Shown here one piece after another: positions 52,660 through 63,945 of a stretch of 64,000 nt of DNA. Every line of letters begins with the position of its first letter. Positions within the stretch are counted from its first letter, which is position 1. The notes under the pieces were generated by a model. The model saw only the letters and a program-made list of their open reading frames with translations. It was not told the DNA's origin and did not search any database. Position numbers and translations under genes: made by a program. Source of the DNA: Octopus vulgaris (lineage: Eukaryota); NCBI GenBank assembly GCA_951406725.2, contig OX597834.1:41788001-41852000 (forward strand). The letters run 5' to 3'.

Positions 52660-53095
52660 AGCGAGTATCTGAGTCGTTAATTTGTAGCAAGTGGTTGAGC
52701 CATTCCATCTTCATGGCTGTGAATGGTGCTGGTGCCTGAGGTGGTTGTTCAGTCCAAGAGCAACATAAAAGAGCCGGAGGCATTTATTGCAAGGGAGTGT
52801 TGGCAGGGTACAAGGAAGTGCGAGTCACTCTTTGCCTCCTGATGTCTGTTATATTCCGTCAGGTTCATTCTCTCAATAATGACATGCCACCACTTTGGAC
52901 AGTCCTTGGTGAATATCTCCCAGATATTTGGGTCAATGGAGCAGTGGGGGAGAGTGGAGTTGAGCTGGTCACAGAAACGGAATTTGGGGTCTCCGCGTGG
53001 TCTGGTGCTTGAGGCCAACTCTGCCAAGGGAAGCTGACAGTTGAGGAGCATTTGAGGTATCCATATGATATGTCCCGACCAGCAGGGCCTTCATA
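52660..53095 (-). mobile_element. Degenerate RTE-like LINE C-terminal fragment
   Basis: RPCWSGHIIWIPQ...LAELASSTRPRGDPKFRFCDQLNSTLPHCSIDPNIWEIFTKDCPKWW fits the RLRWxGH...GEL...R..G.PK.R.KD.L...WE...DR..WR pattern. Confidence 0.7.
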
Positions 53096-55009
53096 TAATA
53101 TCAAGCATAATACAACATTGATTAACAGAGGGACTGTACAAGGCTTTTGAGAAATCCCAAGCTATCAACAGGAAAAAAATTATTATTACTACTCATAATA
53201 GTGAGGATACATTGCTCAGTGGTTATTGAATTTTTTGAAAAATCAAAATATTTTGAGTTTTGTAGATGTATAAACAATTTATTGCCCATGATTTTTAACA
53301 AGAAAATCTTATCTAGACCCTGGCTGAAAACCATTTCTCTACCCACTCGCAAGAATTTGGACGGCCTGAGGTTATAGTAGAAAACATTCACCCAAAGTGC
53401 CAAACAATCACAACACAGCCATTATTTTGTCAATAACCAATGCTGGATTATTTTCAAAATTAATTGAAAACACAGGACAAGGTAGTATATTTCATTAGAA
53501 ATATCTACCTCCCACTCAAAAGAAGTGAGCCTCTATATAGTCTCCCCATGTACCAGAAATAGCAGCCAAACCACTCACAAACCATGGATCATTGTCTTCA
53601 AAAAAAAAAGCACATTTGATTATGTAATCTAAGATACATTTACTGCAAAAAAAAAAATGCTGAAGGACTCCAACAAGTTGCCCAGTGAGATATCCAATTC
53701 TTGCCAGCACAGTAAAAGTTACATGTAAAAAAAAATGATGATAAAATCTGTATCTCGTGTTATGTTTTTGTCTGTTTATTCTTGGGTCTGTTTTGATTTA
53801 TCAAACTCATAATCAAGGCTACATCAGCAGAGATTGTACTTTCTATTTCTTTGGCAAAGTGCACTTTCTGCCAGGTTATTCCCTGTCTTTCCTCCGATGT
53901 CTTTCTATCCTGACAATTAGGTGTGATTTGAAGTAGATTTGGCTGCTATTATGGTTGTATGGCGATAAAGAATTTCGACTTGTCGGCTCTTAGAAGGCAA
54001 CTACTTTCATTATAATGGTCGTCTCCGTAAGAAATAGATTTTCGTGTTGTGTACATAAGCGAGAAATTGTCTCTTGGTAGCTGCATAGCCCCAAGTCAAC
54101 TTCGATAAACAATAGATGTAAGGTGGAAAACCGTTCCAGGTGTGTCTATCCTGTCTTCTTTACTAAGACACCGTAAATCTAAGAATCCATTGTTCAAAAC
54201 GTTTGGCTTATAAAATAATAGGATATATGAGGGAGATTTGGCTGCTATTCTTAGCAGGTCGACTAAGCACATCACCGCCTAGTTTCGTCTGTTGTTCCTT
54301 TTTAAAGACAGTAGAGTGTGATTTGAGGAAGGTTTAGCAACGACTTCTAGCAGGTCGAAAGCAAACATACAGAAGTCTTCCTTGTTTAACCCTAAGTCGA
54401 CCTAAAACCAAAGATATTCCCGCCATGACAATCGTGTATTTTTTTTTTTTAATCCACAAATAATACAGTTACGATTACATTATACAAGATATAATTACAT
54501 CTTGGGTACTTGTATACATCATACAAGATGTAATTAGTGTTTAAGAAAATACGGTCTATGGTTCGGGAGAGACTTGGCTATTATTTCTAGAGAGGTCCAG
54601 AGCGACTACACGTAGAGAGATACACTTGCAGGCATATTATGGTCTTCCTTTGGGGGATGGAGATTTAGCTGGTATTTCTAGCAGATTGCAAGCAAATAAA
54701 CTACTTAGGGAGACTAATTAATTATTCTTTACATCGATGGACAAAATGCCTCGCACTGTTCATAACGTCAATTTATGTTTTGAGTTCAAATGCCACCGGG
54801 GGTCAACTCTGCTTTTCATCTTACCGGCATCGTTAAAACAAGGTACCAGTCACACATTCGGGGTTTATATAGATCGGATTATAACCCAATTCCTTAAATA
54901 GGAATCCTGGTGTCTTTTGGCAGAAATCATCATGTGGTTAGACATTAATGCTAGTCTGGGGGTTTTTCTTTTTTTTTTAATTATTATTCTATAGGTGTTT
55001 TTTATTTAC

Positions 55010-55091
55010 CTGTCTGGCTTCTCTGTCGTTCTCTTTTATCTTGAAGTTGTTTCTTCTTCTGTTTAACGCTGAACGGTTTCTTGCGAGGCAT
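55010..55091 (-). CDS. GNL1: GNL1 (guanine nucleotide-binding protein-like 1) coding exon 1
   Basis: ATG at 55091; translates MPRKKPFSVKQKKKQLQDKRERQRSQT, nearly identical to the human GNL1 N-terminus (MPRKKPFSVKQKKKQLQDKRERKR); 82 nt, phase-1 donor G|GTAAAT. Confidence 0.96.
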
Positions 55092-55734
55092 AATTGCTCT
55101 CAGATCTCTTTCGGTTCCTTCTTTGGCTCGACCAAAAATCGGTGTCAATGGATTTACACACTTCAACAAGTTGATAACATACTATTAGAAAAAAAAAAAA
55201 ATTCACCGCCAGAAACAACGAGCAGACGGGAAATTAAGTCGGAAGAAGGATATATACACACACATATATATACATATGTATATATATGTGTATATATATT
55301 ATACTATATTAGCTGTTGTGTGTAGTTCAGAAACAAATTTTTTATTTAAATAATATTTTTAATTGTTACTTGAATGTTTTAAATAAACAACTGTCTTCTA
55401 TATAATTATTTTTTTAATTATAATCTTAATTATAATAATGTATATTTCAATATAAAATTTTATAGCTTGCTTTTTTGGTTTTTGCTCTGTTTTTCTTTTT
55501 GCTGTTTTGCTTTTACTTTTTACCTGACAACATAATAGATACAAAGAAAGGTAAATAAGGGAGAAAGATTTTTTTTTTTTTTACAGACGGAGGTTTGATG
55601 AGAGAATACAAAATAATATATATTTATGTATACAGACATATATACAGATCGGTTTGAAAAGAGAAATTAGAGCAGAGCTGGCCTTTCTTCTTTCTTCCTT
55701 TCTCTCTCTTTTGAGAGAGAGAAACAGAATGAAT

Positions 55735-55850
55735 GAGACGGGTTGGGGGGGGGAAGAGCGCAGGGACTGTAGTGAAGGTTGAGTAACAGCCAATGAAATT
55801 GCCAATGGGCCTTCACTGCCCCGGAGATCGACCAATCAAATCATTGTTGG
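55735..55850. promoter_or_regulatory. Candidate (bidirectional) promoter core with three CCAAT boxes
   Basis: CCAAT at 55790, 55802 and 55832 plus a G-rich tract, between the divergent GNL1 and ATAT1 5' ends; locally GC-richer than the flanks. Confidence 0.5.
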
Positions 55851-56026
55851 AGCTTCACTGTGCTGTCAATATTTACTTTCTTGTTTGTTTCTTGTGTAAA
55901 GCATGTCTGCAATAAACAGAGAGAAACCTTTTTGCCATTAGAGTCTAAAACAAACAATCAGTCAAACATCGTATCGTATCATATTCACCCGCCGCTGCTT
56001 GTTTCGATGTGTCATATGTATAAGAG
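55850..56026 (+). other. ATAT1: Putative non-coding first exon of ATAT1 (5' end uncertain)
   Basis: Non-repetitive sequence just downstream of a CCAAT cluster, ending in a consensus donor GAG|GTAAGT (GT at 56027). Confidence 0.5.
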
Positions 56027-56086
56027 GTAAGTGACGCCAGATCTCTTCATTTCTTCTGTAATATGAGGGTGTGTATATACACACAC

Positions 56087-56136
<50 letters not shown>

Positions 56137-56162
56137 GCATATATGTAGGTAGGTGTGTGTGC

Positions 56163-56210
<48 letters not shown>

Positions 56211-56287
56211 GTGTGTGTGTGTATATATATATACACACACACATATATGTAGGTAGGTGTATATGTGTGTGTGTGTATATATATATA

Positions 56288-56419
56288 CAGGGTGTCCCCA
56301 AAAAATGTATACAGATAGTGGTTCGGCAAAAAGTGAACGATAGAATAAGTACTAGGCTTACAAAGAATAACAAATTTACAATTATTTAAGGTGTGTATAC
56401 ATTTTTTGGGGACACCCTG
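56288..56419. mobile_element. Tc1/mariner-type MITE, 132 bp, carrying an internal SINE fragment
   Basis: Perfect 26-bp TIR CAGGGTGTCCCCAAAAAATGTATACA flanked by TA within (TA)n; interior 56319-56370 matches SINE family A. Confidence 0.85.
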
Positions 56420-56453
<34 letters not shown>

Positions 56454-56534
56454 CATATATGTAGGTAGGTGTATGTGTGCGTGTGTATATATATATCTAT
56501 ACGCACACACACATATGCAGGTAAGTGTGTGTGC

Positions 56535-56571
<37 letters not shown>

Positions 56572-59500
56572 CATACACACACATATATGTAGGTAGGTGT
56601 GTATACACACACATATGTAGGTAGGTAGGTATGCGTGTGTGTGTGTCGCGGTTACCTTTGTAATGTCATTTCTGTTTCCGGTGATGATTCTTCACCATTC
56701 AGAAATGAAAGGGTGATGTCTTGTCAAGAATCCTTTACAAGAATCTTGACAGCATCTCGTTTACGTCCCTTTAAGGTTCTGAGTTCAAATCTTGCCAAAG
56801 TCAACTCTGTATTTTTTTTCTTTCTAAAATCGTTTTAATAAAATACTTGATAAATCTAAGAGTATTTCACCTGGTACCTTCCATTGGTAAGTCAACTTGA
56901 ATCAACTCAAGAAGTTGATTCAGTCGACTTACCATTATTTATATTCATAAATTATATTCCTTTATTTAAGGCTCTCTGATATTATTAATTCCTGCAGCGA
57001 GCCATGATGCTAGCGGCATTTCCACGAACAATTGCGGCTGAAATTTGCAGAAACAACCAAAAAAAGCTTCTCTGGCGCTTCTTCGTTTATTACCTTGCAT
57101 AGCATGCCCCCTTTTTTATCATCGGCCCTTTTCATATGACTATATATGGACCTTCGTTTCAAATTATTATTTACGGAGGATTATTTCGGAAATGATGGAC
57201 TATAACAATGCAGTAAGAATTTCGAAGAACCCCGGAATGTTGCCTTTTCATTGAATATGTGATACGTGGTCAGGAAATTAGCAATTCTAAGCGAAATCTT
57301 GTGACTAGTAAGCAGACTCTGGTGAGGCCAACCTAGGTATCGTTGCCAAAAAATATCCACCAGAAAGAATACAATACTCGAGAACAGTCCGTGTAAACTT
57401 GAAGGAATAATTGACGTATTGTGCACGTAATCACACCTATTTATATGGTTGTTGGTTGTTCTTTTTTTCATTCATTTTGTTTCATTTCGAAATTTCGGTA
57501 TAACAATGTTGTTTATCATCACATGTGTCAACGGCGAACTTCGCCAGTTACGGTGGGGCCAGATTTTACCCTAACAATTAAAAAAAAATCCTTCCAAGGG
57601 GTCAGTGAAATTAAGCAACATTCAAATACCATGGTTGAATTGATCGACTAGCCCCCACTCCACCCTCAAATTTTTCACTTTGTCCCTTGTCAGAAATTAT
57701 GGTTGTGAAATGGCAAAATCGTTAGAGCAAATACCTTGCGGTATTTATATCTGGTTTTTTTTTTCTTTTATACATTGTGAGTTCAAATCCCTCCAGTGTC
57801 AAATTTGCCTCTGGCGTTGATAAAAATTAAGATCAGTCAAATAGTGGGGGTCAACATAATATCGTTTAAGCGCTCCCTCCGAAACTTCTGACTTAGTGTC
57901 TGTGTTAAAAACAATTGCGGTATTTTTTTACTTTGCTTTACATTCCTTCTTCAAATCTCACTTTGGTCAACTTTGCCTTTCAATCTTCTGGTAGGTCCAT
58001 AAAATAAGAATGCCAGTCAAACTCTAAGGTCAATGTAGTCGACTGCCTCCCATCCAAATAAAATAATTCTGTTTTTGTGCTTGTGTTAGAATTAGCACAC
58101 CAAGCAAAATGCTTCGTGGCATTCTGTCCCTCTTTATGTTCTGGGTTCAAATTCCACTCAGGCTGACTTCGTTTTTCATCCTTTCAGGACCGATAAATTA
58201 AGTACCAGTGAAACACTGAAGTGGATGTCATCGACTACTCCCCTCTCCAAAAGTTTCAAGCCTTGTGCCTTTAGTGCTCAACTGGTACTTATTTCATTGA
58301 CCCCAAAAGGATAAAGGGCAAAGTTGACCTCATTGGAATTTGAATTTAGAATATAAGGATGGATGAAATGTCCCTAAGCATTTTGCTTACTTCTTTATTG
58401 CCCACAAGGGGCTAAACATAGAGGGGACAAACAAGGACATTAAGTCGATTATATCGACCCCAGTGCGTAGCATTGTACTTAATTTATCGACCCTGAAAGG
58501 ATGAAAGGCAAAGTCGACCTTGGCGGAGTTTGAACTCAGAACGTAACAACAAACGACATTTCGCCTGGCATGCTCTCGATCCTGCCAGCACACCACATTT
58601 ACCCTAACAATAATAATAATCCTTTCTACTAAAGGCACAAAGCTTGAAATTTTTGGAGAGAGGAGTAGTCTTTGTAAAGAAGCCTTGTGTGTTATTTCTA
58701 GTATGGTAGTATAAAGGAGATTTGACTTCTATTTCTGACATGGCAATGTAAAAAAGATTTGTCTGCTATTTCTAGTGGTGAGTGTGTCACATTATAAGGC
58801 ACAAAAAGAAAATGACTCCCCAGACACAACAGAATATGCTTCAACACATTAACTCATATAAAGAATCTTGCAAACCAAATCCAAAAACGAAATGTAAATG
58901 AGATTTGTCTGCTATTCCTAGCCTGGCTAACTACTGTGTGTAGGTTTCCTCATTAGCTTGTCATATTTAGTAGTGTTGTTGTTGTTCAGCTCTAAGTTGG
59001 TTATTATCAAAGATATTACAATTACAACCACCACGAGCTGTTGTCTGTATAGAGTGTATCTAAATAAATCTCTGTCACTCCTCCAGTTTCAAAGACAAAT
59101 ATTCCAGCTGCTTAATGAACTGAGCTACTCACTGAAATAGCATGTAAGTGGTTGATTAATCTCAAGAATACTCTTAATGCAACTCTCAGACAGAATCAGA
59201 TTGGCACAAAATCAAGCTAGACCTTTGAATTATGGCTGTAGTCTATTTGGTGAGTCTCCATGCAGTTTCCATCCCCCTAATTCCATTTAGGGATCCAGCC
59301 AAGCCTGTGTGTGGTAATAGGCCCAGAATGACATGCTCCACAGACCTGCATACCTTTAACCCTTTTGGTACCATATTTTGTTACCATACCTACATCATAG
59401 GTGTAGGAGTGGCTGTGTGGTAAGTAGCTTGCTTATGAACCACATGGTCCCGGGTTCAGTCCCACTGCGTGGCACCTTGGGCAAGTGTCTTCTACTATAG

Positions 59501-60040
59501 CCTCCGGCCAACCAAAGCCTTGTGAGTGGATTTGGTAGACGGAAACTGAAAAATGCTGTGAAATCAAGCACATGCCTTCATGGCTCCAAAGTGGACTTCT
59601 TAACAACTTGACCGTATCTGAGCTCCTAGAACAGTCTATCTAAAACTAAGTTGTCATCGTCATCATCATGCGTCTATTTTCGATGCTGGCATGGGTTGGA
59701 CGGTTTGACAGAAGCTGGAAGACTGCACCGTTTTGGCATGGTTTCTACTGCTGGTTGCCCTTCCTAATGCCAATCACTTTACAGAATGTACTGGAGTTTT
59801 TGGGGTTTTTTTAGCATGGAAAGCGGATGTTAAACAATGATGATGTGGTACTAGTACAGGTGCTTTTTACATGACACCAGCATGGGTGCTTTTTTAACCT
59901 AGCACCAGCACAGGTGCTTTTTATGTGTTTATTGAGTTGTACATCTTGGGAAATATTTGACTGCTATTTCTACCAAAGTGAGACTCCCTTAATAGCTACT
60001 ATGTCTAGGACTATATCCATTCTCACTCACTCTATATATT

Positions 60041-60069
<29 letters not shown>

Positions 60070-60071
<2 letters not shown>

Positions 60072-60280
60072 CCATCTTTCTGTCTATCTATCTATCCATC
60101 TATTTATCTATTTATCTATCTGTCTATCTATGCATCCATCCATCTATCTATCTATTTGTCTATCTGTCTATCTATGCATCCATCCATCTATCTATCTATC
60201 CATCTATCTGTCTGTCGATCTATTCATCCATCCATCCATCTATCTATCTATCAATCTATTTTGTCTGTCTGTCTGTCTCT
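60070..60280. repeat. (TATC/CATC/TGTC)n tetranucleotide microsatellite
   Basis: Direct reading. Confidence 0.95.
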
Positions 60281-60361
60281 GCCTTTTTGAGACAATACAT
60301 TGTGAAGCTGAGAAATATTTGACTATCGTTTCATCATTTTGCCACTTTCTGTGTTTTTCAG

Positions 60362-60612
60362 GGGGAAATGCAAGATATAATGGATGAAAGACTTTGAAAA
60401 CAAAAAAAGATTTAAACAATGAAAGAATAACAAAGGTTTAAGGCCAGGGAAAAAAAAAGAAAAGAAATAGAAAGAGTAAAAGATTGCTTGAAGAAACTGA
60501 GTATGCCATTGGAAGATTCCTCATATCATGAACACTTGGTTCATAGCTTCACAACAGTTCCATTAATTCATGCCTCAGACACTTAGTCGGTGCCAGCAGA
60601 CCATTAAAAGCG
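60362..60612 (+). other. ATAT1: Putative ATAT1 5' UTR part of the first coding exon, with 7 upstream ATGs
   Basis: Strong acceptor ttctgtgtttttcag ending at 60361; no better acceptor seen before ATG 60613; uATGs at 60368, 60380, 60384, 60419, 60503, 60528, 60570. Confidence 0.6.
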
Positions 60613-60704
60613 ATGGAATTTGACTTCAATATCAACCAGATCTTCACAAACAGGATTACCAAGTTTGACAAACGAATAAAACAGTTCAACACGAACCGGA
60701 GAGA
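60613..60704 (+). CDS. ATAT1: Alpha-tubulin N-acetyltransferase (ATAT1/MEC-17) coding exon 1
   Basis: GCG-ATG-G start; MEFDFNINQIFTNRITKFDKRIKQFNTNRR resembles human [22 protein letters not shown]; 92 nt, phase-2 donor GA|GTGAGT. Confidence 0.9.
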
Positions 60705-60759
60705 GTGAGTATTTGTTGTTTTGTCTTTTACTTGTTTCAGTCATTTTCACTGCGGCCAT

Positions 60760-61099
60760 GCTGGAGCACCGCCTTTAGTTGAGGAAATTGACCCCCAGGA
60801 CTTATTCTTTGTAAGCCTAGTACTTATTCTATCTGTCTCTTTTGCCGAACTGCTAAGTTACAGGGATGTAAACACACCAGCATCGGTTGTCAAGTGATGT
60901 TCAGGTGACAAACATGTATACGACGGGCTTCTTTCAGTTTCTGTCTGTGTTTGTCCCCCAACATCGCTTGACAACCGATGCTGGTGTGTTACGTCCCTGT
61001 AAATTAGCGGTTCAGCAAAAGAGACCGATAGAATAAGTACTAGGCTTACAACGAATAAGTCCTGGGGTCGATTTGCTTGACTAAAGGCGGTGCTCCAGC
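60760..61099. repeat. Inverted pair of SINE A 3' halves in an ATAT1 intron
   Basis: About 60760-60914 and 60948-61099 are imperfect reverse complements with a short spacer. Confidence 0.85.
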
Positions 61100-61641
61100 T
61101 AGAGTTTATGGTACCATTTACTGAGCAGTGAGAGCCAAAGATTTGGGAACCAACTCCACAGCCCTACTGTCAAGAGATGGACAGGACTTTTTGAAGTAGT
61201 GTTTTCTGATAGGATGCAGATTATGGAGTTAAGAAGCTAGCTTCCCAATCAATTGGTCTTGGGTTCAGTCCCACTGTACAGCACCTTGGGCAAGTATTTT
61301 TTTTTACTCTAGCCCCGCAAGACTACCAAAACCTTGTGAGTGGATTTGGTTGATGGAAACTGACAGAAGCTCATCATATATGTATACATGTATTTAAGTA
61401 TTTATGTGTGTGCCTTGCTTGGAAACTGATGAGAGTCGACAGGAAAGGTATCCAACGATTGAAAATCTGTTTCAGTAAATTCCATCTCAACCAAGCAAGC
61501 TTGGAAAGGTGGACATTAAATGATGATGGTGATGCTGCCTTTCTGGGCACCAATCTTTTTAGTTGCTTGTTCCTATTATGATGTAGTATGTTTCTAAATT
61601 CTAATGATTTCTGATGTCTCAGTTTCGTTCTTTATTTTCAG

Positions 61642-61705
61642 ACCAACACAACAGAAGGACCCAGCATGTATAGTCATAGACAAACTTGGAATTGCGTCTT
61701 CTAAG
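61642..61705 (+). CDS. ATAT1: ATAT1 coding exon 2
   Basis: Acceptor tttattttcag, donor AAG|GTTAGT; 64 nt; (E)PTQQKDPACIVIDKLGIASSK vs human QQQIMTIIDELGKASAK; phase compatible with both neighbours. Confidence 0.92.
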
Positions 61706-61935
61706 GTTAGTTTAACACCTGAACATTCCTCGTTTTTATTTTAATTGATCGTTGTGAAATTAACTGGTGTAATTGTATTGTTCAGAGAATTGTGTTTCAA
61801 CCAAGCTGTCTTGGTTTCAGCTGTCTTGTATGGAATCTTGGGTAGGTGTGTGTCACTGTAGCCTCAGCTTGACCAATACCTTGAAATTTGAACAGAATCT
61901 GTGAAGAGACCCGTTATTTATGTGTATGTGTGTGT

Positions 61936-62250
61936 GGAGGTGCATGGCTTAATGGTTAGGGCATTCGGCTCGTGATCCTAAGGTCATGAGTTCAATTCCC
62001 GGCGACGCGTTGTGTCCTTGAGCAAGACACTTTATTTCACGTTGCTCCAGTCCACTCAGCTGGCAAAAATGAGTAGTTCCTGTATTTCAAAGGGCCAACC
62101 TTATCACATTCTGTGTCACACTGAATCACCCTGAGAAGTACATTAAGGGTACACGTGTACACTGTTGGGTGCTCAGCCACTTGCACGTTTAATTTCATGA
62201 GTAGTAGGCTGTTCCATTCATCATATTAACTGGAACCCTCATCATCGTAA
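61936..62250 (+). mobile_element. SINE family C-related copy
   Basis: tRNA head TGGCTTAATGG...GAGTTCAATTCCC; body matches 8485-8757. Confidence 0.8.
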
Positions 62251-62253
62251 CCA

Positions 62254-62960
62254 GTGGAGTATAGTGGGTGCTTTTTTTACATACCACCAGCATAGGGGTC
62301 AGGGAGGGCTGGCATCAACTATGATCGGATGGTGCTTTTTACGTGCCACTAGCATGGGGACCACAACTACAATTTCCATTTGATTTGATTTGATTTTAAT
62401 TTTGATGTTGATGCACTTGACTCAATAGGTCTCCTCAAGCAGGGCATGTTGCCCTACAATCCAATATAGTTTTTGAGTGGGCTGGTTATGCGACACTGGT
62501 GTAGGTTACAGCTGTTGAACTCACTTTCCTTGCCAGGTCTTCTCAGTCACAGCATATCTCCAGAGGTCTTAATCTTTCGTCATTGCCTCTGTGAGGCCCA
62601 ACGTTCAAAGGTCATGCTTCACCACCTCATGCCATGTCTTCCTGGGTCTCCCTCTACCCCGGATTCCTTCCACTTCACACATCTCTCCTCATCCATCCGC
62701 AGTACATGACCATACCAACGCAAATGTCTCTCTTGCATGCCACGTCCGATGCTTCTTATGTCCAACATTTCTCTCAGGGCACTTACATTCTGTCGTGTGT
62801 GCACACTGATGTTACACATCCAGCGGATCATGCTAGCTTCATTTCTTTCGCACCTACACAGGTCTTCAACAGTCATGGCCCGTGTTTCACTGCCAAGAAG
62901 CATGGCGGTTCGCACACATGCATCATACAATCTACCTTTCACTCTGAGCAAGATGTCCTT
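62254..62960 (-). mobile_element. RTE-clade LINE 3' fragment (ORF C-terminus plus 3' UTR)
   Basis: RVKGRLYDACVRTAMLLGSET...MIRWMCNIS...RHLRWYGHVLRMDEERCVK is typical of the RTE/BovB C-terminus; runs directly into the dispersed repeat family D. Confidence 0.9.
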
Positions 62961-63052
62961 TATCACTGTAACTGCAGGAGTGTTTGCTTTCATTTTATGT
63001 TTGCCATTCAGCAGAGAGAACTCAAGCTGCCATTTATCTTCCTTTCTTGCAG

Positions 63053-63141
63053 GCTCAAGGGTTACGAATTCCGGTGACCAGTACTTCTAAGCTAAAAGAT
63101 TCTGACCATCGTATTTATTTGTTAAAGGATGAACAAAACCA
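63053..63141 (+). CDS. ATAT1: ATAT1 coding exon 3 (gene continues beyond window end)
   Basis: Acceptor cctttcttgcag, donor CA|GTAAGT; 89 nt; AQGLRIPVTSTSKLKDSDHRIYLLKDEQN vs human [26 protein letters not shown]; keeps the Gln equivalent to human Q58. Confidence 0.93.
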
Positions 63142-63559
63142 GTAAGTTTCTTTTGTTTTTTTACCCCTTGTTTCTGACATTGTTGCTTGCAACCCCAGAA
63201 AATTTACAGTGGACTGAACAGTAGTTTTGTATATTTTGTGATGATGCTTCACCACCTTAATAGTGAGAGAAATACTACAATACACCAAAATAGTTTGCTG
63301 CTTTTATTGTGTCAGAACATCATCATCGTTTAACGTCTGCTTTCCATGCTGGCATGGGTTGGACGATTTGACTGAGGGTTGGTGAATCAGATGGCTGCAC
63401 CAGGCTCCAATCTTGATCTGGCAGAGTTTCTACAGCTGGATGCCCTTCCTAACACCAGCATATACACACATATACATACATACACACAAACATATACACA
63501 CATATACATACACACACACACATATATATATATATAAACATATATATATATACATGTGG

Positions 63560-63945
63560 TACCAGTGCCGGTGGCACACAAGAAAACCATCCGAACGTGG
63601 CCGTAGCCAGTACCGCATCGACTGGCCTCCGTGCTGTGGGCACGTAACAAACACCATCCGATCGTGGCCGTTCGCCAGCCTCATCTGGCACTTGTGTCGG
63701 TGGCACATAAAAACACCATCCGAGCGTGGCCGTTCGCCAGCCTCATCTGGCACCTGTGTCGGTGGCACATAAAATCACCCACTACACTCTCAGAGTGGTT
63801 GGCGTTAGGAAGGGCATCCAGCTGTAGAAACACTGCCAGATCTGACTGGCCTGGTGCAGCCTTCGGGCTCCCCAGACTCTAGTTGAACCGTCCAACCCAT
63901 GCTAGCATGGAAAGCGGACGTTAAATGATGATGATGATGATGATG
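63560..63945 (+). mobile_element. Repeat family D copy
   Basis: Internal tandem GTGGCAC..AAAACACCATCCGA units, then the conserved 3' segment and (GAT)n tail. Confidence 0.75.

Noticed and set aside
56511-56526. Perfect CAG|GTAAGT donor as an extra ATAT1 UTR exon end
   Set aside because: It is a variant of the local ATATGTAGGTAGGTGT repeat unit, with no matching acceptor seen.
57150-57440. Possible Tc1 transposase C-terminal remnant
   Set aside because: Only a vague resemblance (IEYV...SLP), with stops and no catalytic motif or TIR I can support.
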